Assembly: GCA_963782525.1 (NCBI GenBank)
Contig: CAWAKC010000009.1
Location: forward strand, 128,001-192,000
Length of the DNA stretch: 64,000 nt
Origin: Candidatus Bathyarchaeota archaeon
GTDB lineage: Archaea > Thermoproteota > Bathyarchaeia > Bathyarchaeales > Bathycorpusculaceae
Direction: 5' to 3'
How positions within the stretch are numbered: position 1 is the stretch's first letter; every line of letters begins with the position of its first letter. This document shows positions 60,643-64,000 of this stretch, one piece after another. The position numbers were made by a program, and so were the translations under genes. A model generated the notes under the pieces. The model was not told the DNA's origin. It saw only the letters and a list, made by a program, of their open reading frames with translations, and ran no database searches.

Positions 60643-62334
60643 ATGAGTGAAAAAGACGTAACGAAATTCCTGCAGCTTTTAGGTTTATCTAAAAGAGAAA
60701 TTCAAGTTTACATGTTCCTCGCTAAAAGCGGTGTCCAATCAACCAGCTTCGTTGCAAAACGTCTCAAGATGGAACGTGTGCAGGCTTACCGTACATTCAA
60801 GAAACTGCAGGAAAAAGGATTCATCGAAGCCACCTTAGAGAGACCCACCAGATTCACGATTGTTCCTTTTGAAGCGTTAGTTGACAATTTCATCACCGCC
60901 AAAAAGAACGAGGTCGTCAACCTAAACGACCAAAAAACAAGCCTGTTAACCTCGTGGCAATCAATCAGCGCGCCTGAATCAGAATACCCCGTCGCCAAAT
61001 TCTCAATTATAACGGGCAAGAAAAAGATTCATACCAAAATGATTAACATGATTGAAGAATCCAAATCTGAAGTAATCGTGTTAACCACAGCGTTGGGTTT
61101 GATTCAGGAGGACATTGCAGGAATCTTTGATGCCGCAATAACTCCATCCCAAGAACACAATGTTCAAACCCAAATAATCACGGAAATTTCCCCAGAAAAC
61201 CTCAAAGTAGTGGAAAGAATAGACCGCAACATCGTCGAAGACAAACTCAACATTAAACTTCGCCATGTCGGCATGAGCTCCAAGTTTTTCCCCAGATTCC
61301 TAATCAAAGACGAAGAAGAAGCCATACTCTATGCACCCTTCGGAAACGAAGCGTCTGTTTTAAACCTTGAAGATGAAGGTTTATGGATTAACGACAAAAT
61401 GTTCATATCTGTTTTGAAAGCGTTTTTTGTTCAGATGTGGCAGAGCGGAGTAGACGCTTCAAAACGCATAGAAGAGCTAAAGAGCGGAATTCCAATCGGC
61501 GAAACAATAGTCATCAAAAGCGTCGAGGAAGCATGGAACAAAGTAACCAAGATTTTGGATTCAGCCAAAAAAGACGTCGTAGTCATCACATCTTCACAGA
61601 GCATTAACCGCCTTGCTGAAGACGACCCCATCGTAAAATACTTCAGAAAAGGCTTAAACACCCGCATAATGGCGTCCATCGATTTAGACAACCTTGAACC
61701 CGCCCAAAAACTGGCAAAAGACTACGAAGTTAAACATGTACCCATCAGCTACATGACCATGATGCTTGTTGACAACAAACACCTCTTCATGTTTAAGATG
61801 CCGCCTCTAAGTGACTTCGGCACAGAATCCGCCTTCTACTTAGCTGACACCTTCTACTCCAGCGACCCCAGCCAAATTGAAAGAGTAAGCGAAATGCTAG
61901 ACGACATCTGGAAACGTGGCATAGACATATCAGAGATTAGTAGCCAAGCCGGCACAAAGCTTCCAACGCTAGAAGTTGCCTCCACAGAAACCGTGGCTAA
62001 AACTGTTGGCAAAATGCTGCAGACCAGTGCGACATCAGTTTTAATTACTGAACAGCACAAACCCATCGGCGTAATCAACGATCGAGAACTACTACGAGAA
62101 GTCGTTGATGCCCGAAAAGACCCATTGAAGACACTTGCAAAAGACACCAATTACACCCCACTCATTATCCTTGAAGGGGACGAATCTATGATTACAGCGA
62201 TGAAAATTATGACTGAAAGAGGCTTCAAACGTGCAGCTATGGTTAAAAACGGGCAATTAATCGGCATGTTAACAGAAGAAGCAGCCAAAAAAGTGGCTCT
62301 GCAAATTAAACCCTCCGCCAAAAAAGTTCCTTAG
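60643..62334 (+). CDS. TrmB-family regulator with two effector-like domains and a CBS pair
   Basis: LGLSKREIQVY...KLQEKGFI wHTH; two repeats (SKSEV/AKKDV...IKDEEE/VDNKH); C-terminal IGVINDRE and IGMLTEE CBS motifs. Confidence 0.85.
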   Translation: MSEKDVTKFLQLLGLSKREIQVYMFLAKSGVQSTSFVAKRLKMERVQAYRTFKKLQEKGFIEATLERPTRFTIVPFEALVDNFITAKKNEVVNLNDQKTSLLTSWQSISAPESEYPVAKFSIITGKKKIHTKMINMIEESKSEVIVLTTALGLIQEDIAGIFDAAITPSQEHNVQTQIITEISPENLKVVERIDRNIVEDKLNIKLRHVGMSSKFFPRFLIKDEEEAILYAPFGNEASVLNLEDEGLWINDKMFISVLKAFFVQMWQSGVDASKRIEELKSGIPIGETIVIKSVEEAWNKVTKILDSAKKDVVVITSSQSINRLAEDDPIVKYFRKGLNTRIMASIDLDNLEPAQKLAKDYEVKHVPISYMTMMLVDNKHLFMFKMPPLSDFGTESAFYLADTFYSSDPSQIERVSEMLDDIWKRGIDISEISSQAGTKLPTLEVASTETVAKTVGKMLQTSATSVLITEQHKPIGVINDRELLREVVDARKDPLKTLAKDTNYTPLIILEGDESMITAMKIMTERGFKRAAMVKNGQLIGMLTEEAAKKVALQIKPSAKKVP

Positions 62335-62479
62335 CCCATTTGCCTTCTCTTTTTTGGAAAGCAAACAATTATTTTTCTTAACATTAATTGATTTTAGAAG
62401 TTGACGGTTATTACTAAAATACCAACAATTACCCCTTTTACACCAAACTTCTAAATACCAAAACCAATCATAACCAAAA

Positions 62480-62740
62480 TTGAGGGATTCACTGTTGGCA
62501 AGTACAGTATCCAAAATATCAATTTTTTACGGGGTTCTATGGCTTCTATCAGTTTTTTTTCAGAACACAATTTACTCAACAGCCATTTCTGGTTTTGGCG
62601 TAATTCTCCTTATCGTTGTTGCGATCGGATTAGCTGGCGTGTTTGGCGAAAATGACGAAAACAATCTAAAATTTAAGACTGAAATAGAGAACTTACGCAG
62701 AGAAATTAACGAGTTAAAAGAAATAAAAAATAGGCTTTGA
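62480..62740 (+). CDS. small membrane protein with coiled-coil tail
   Basis: Two TM helices + EIENLRREINELKE. Confidence 0.5.
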   Translation: MRDSLLASTVSKISIFYGVLWLLSVFFQNTIYSTAISGFGVILLIVVAIGLAGVFGENDENNLKFKTEIENLRREINELKEIKNRL

Positions 62741-62830
62741 AATCTTTAATATTTAAACATAACAAAAGCATCCTCGCTGCAATTCAGAAACAGAAGCCAT
62801 TCGAGTCCCACTCGCTATCTTCAACGGTAA

Positions 62831-63596
<766 letters not shown>

Positions 63597-63609
63597 CGCG
63601 TGAGCGCAA

Positions 63610-64000
63610 TTGAAGGTTGAACCTGAATGTGAATCGTGTCTGCTTTCGCGGGCACAAATACAAACCTACCAAGCCACCACAAACCCCGCATTACGTTTTA
63701 GGTGCTTAGCAGAAATCACGAAGTTGCTAAACCGCGAATTCAAACCGACCTCAGTGGCGGCAGATATAGGAACAAAACGAGACCGCATAATCCGCCAATT
63801 AACAAGCAACAACGACCCCTACAAATACAACAAAAAACTCGCCAATGAAAAAGCCCTCAAAATGCGTCCCCACGCAAAAAAATATGTTGAATCAGGCATC
63901 AACCAGCAGGAACGCTTCAAAAAAGCCTGTTTGTGCGCCATCGTTGGTAACATAATGGAGTTTGATATTCCAGGTCATAAATTTACCTTGAAGAGTCTGG
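63610..64000 (+). CDS. ARMT1-like/DUF89 damage-control phosphatase, partial
   Basis: MKVEPECESCLL...NDPYKYNKKLAN...AIVGNIMEF; runs off the window end. Confidence 0.85.
   Translation, partial: MKVEPECESCLLSRAQIQTYQATTNPALRFRCLAEITKLLNREFKPTSVAADIGTKRDRIIRQLTSNNDPYKYNKKLANEKALKMRPHAKKYVESGINQQERFKKACLCAIVGNIMEFDIPGHKFTLKSL

Overview
Archaeal chromosomal window, most consistent with a Bathyarchaeia/TACK-type genome. This is inferred from uS7/uS12, Nop5-fibrillarin, RNase HII, ATP-dependent ligase, Nre with a PIP box, DUF1512, an eL22-like protein, a stand-alone 5S rRNA and frequent TTG starts. It holds about 60 CDSs, a 5S rRNA, three tRNAs (Ile-GAT, Arg-TCG, Asp-GTC) and a probable C/D-box sRNA. 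I found no CRISPR array, integrase or transposase. The most striking item is a 738-aa ArsR-wHTH + ATP-cone + class III ribonucleotide reductase (NrdD) fusion. Its catalytic motifs (glycyl-radical Gly, both active-site Cys, Asn, Glu, specificity loop) appear substituted while the Zn site is kept, it is preceded by an 11-bp inverted repeat, and it converges on pyrB: a candidate pseudoenzyme nucleotide-sensing regulator. Other notable items are an unassigned ~240-nt highly structured RNA candidate near tRNA-Asp, three paralogous nucleotidyltransferases beside a CitG-like gene with an integration-like 3'-end duplication, a GAR-tailed Nop5 overlapping fibrillarin, an apparently permuted MscL, likely non-AUG starts, several unannotated microproteins and four disrupted genes. 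All family assignments come from motif recognition by eye, not database searches.
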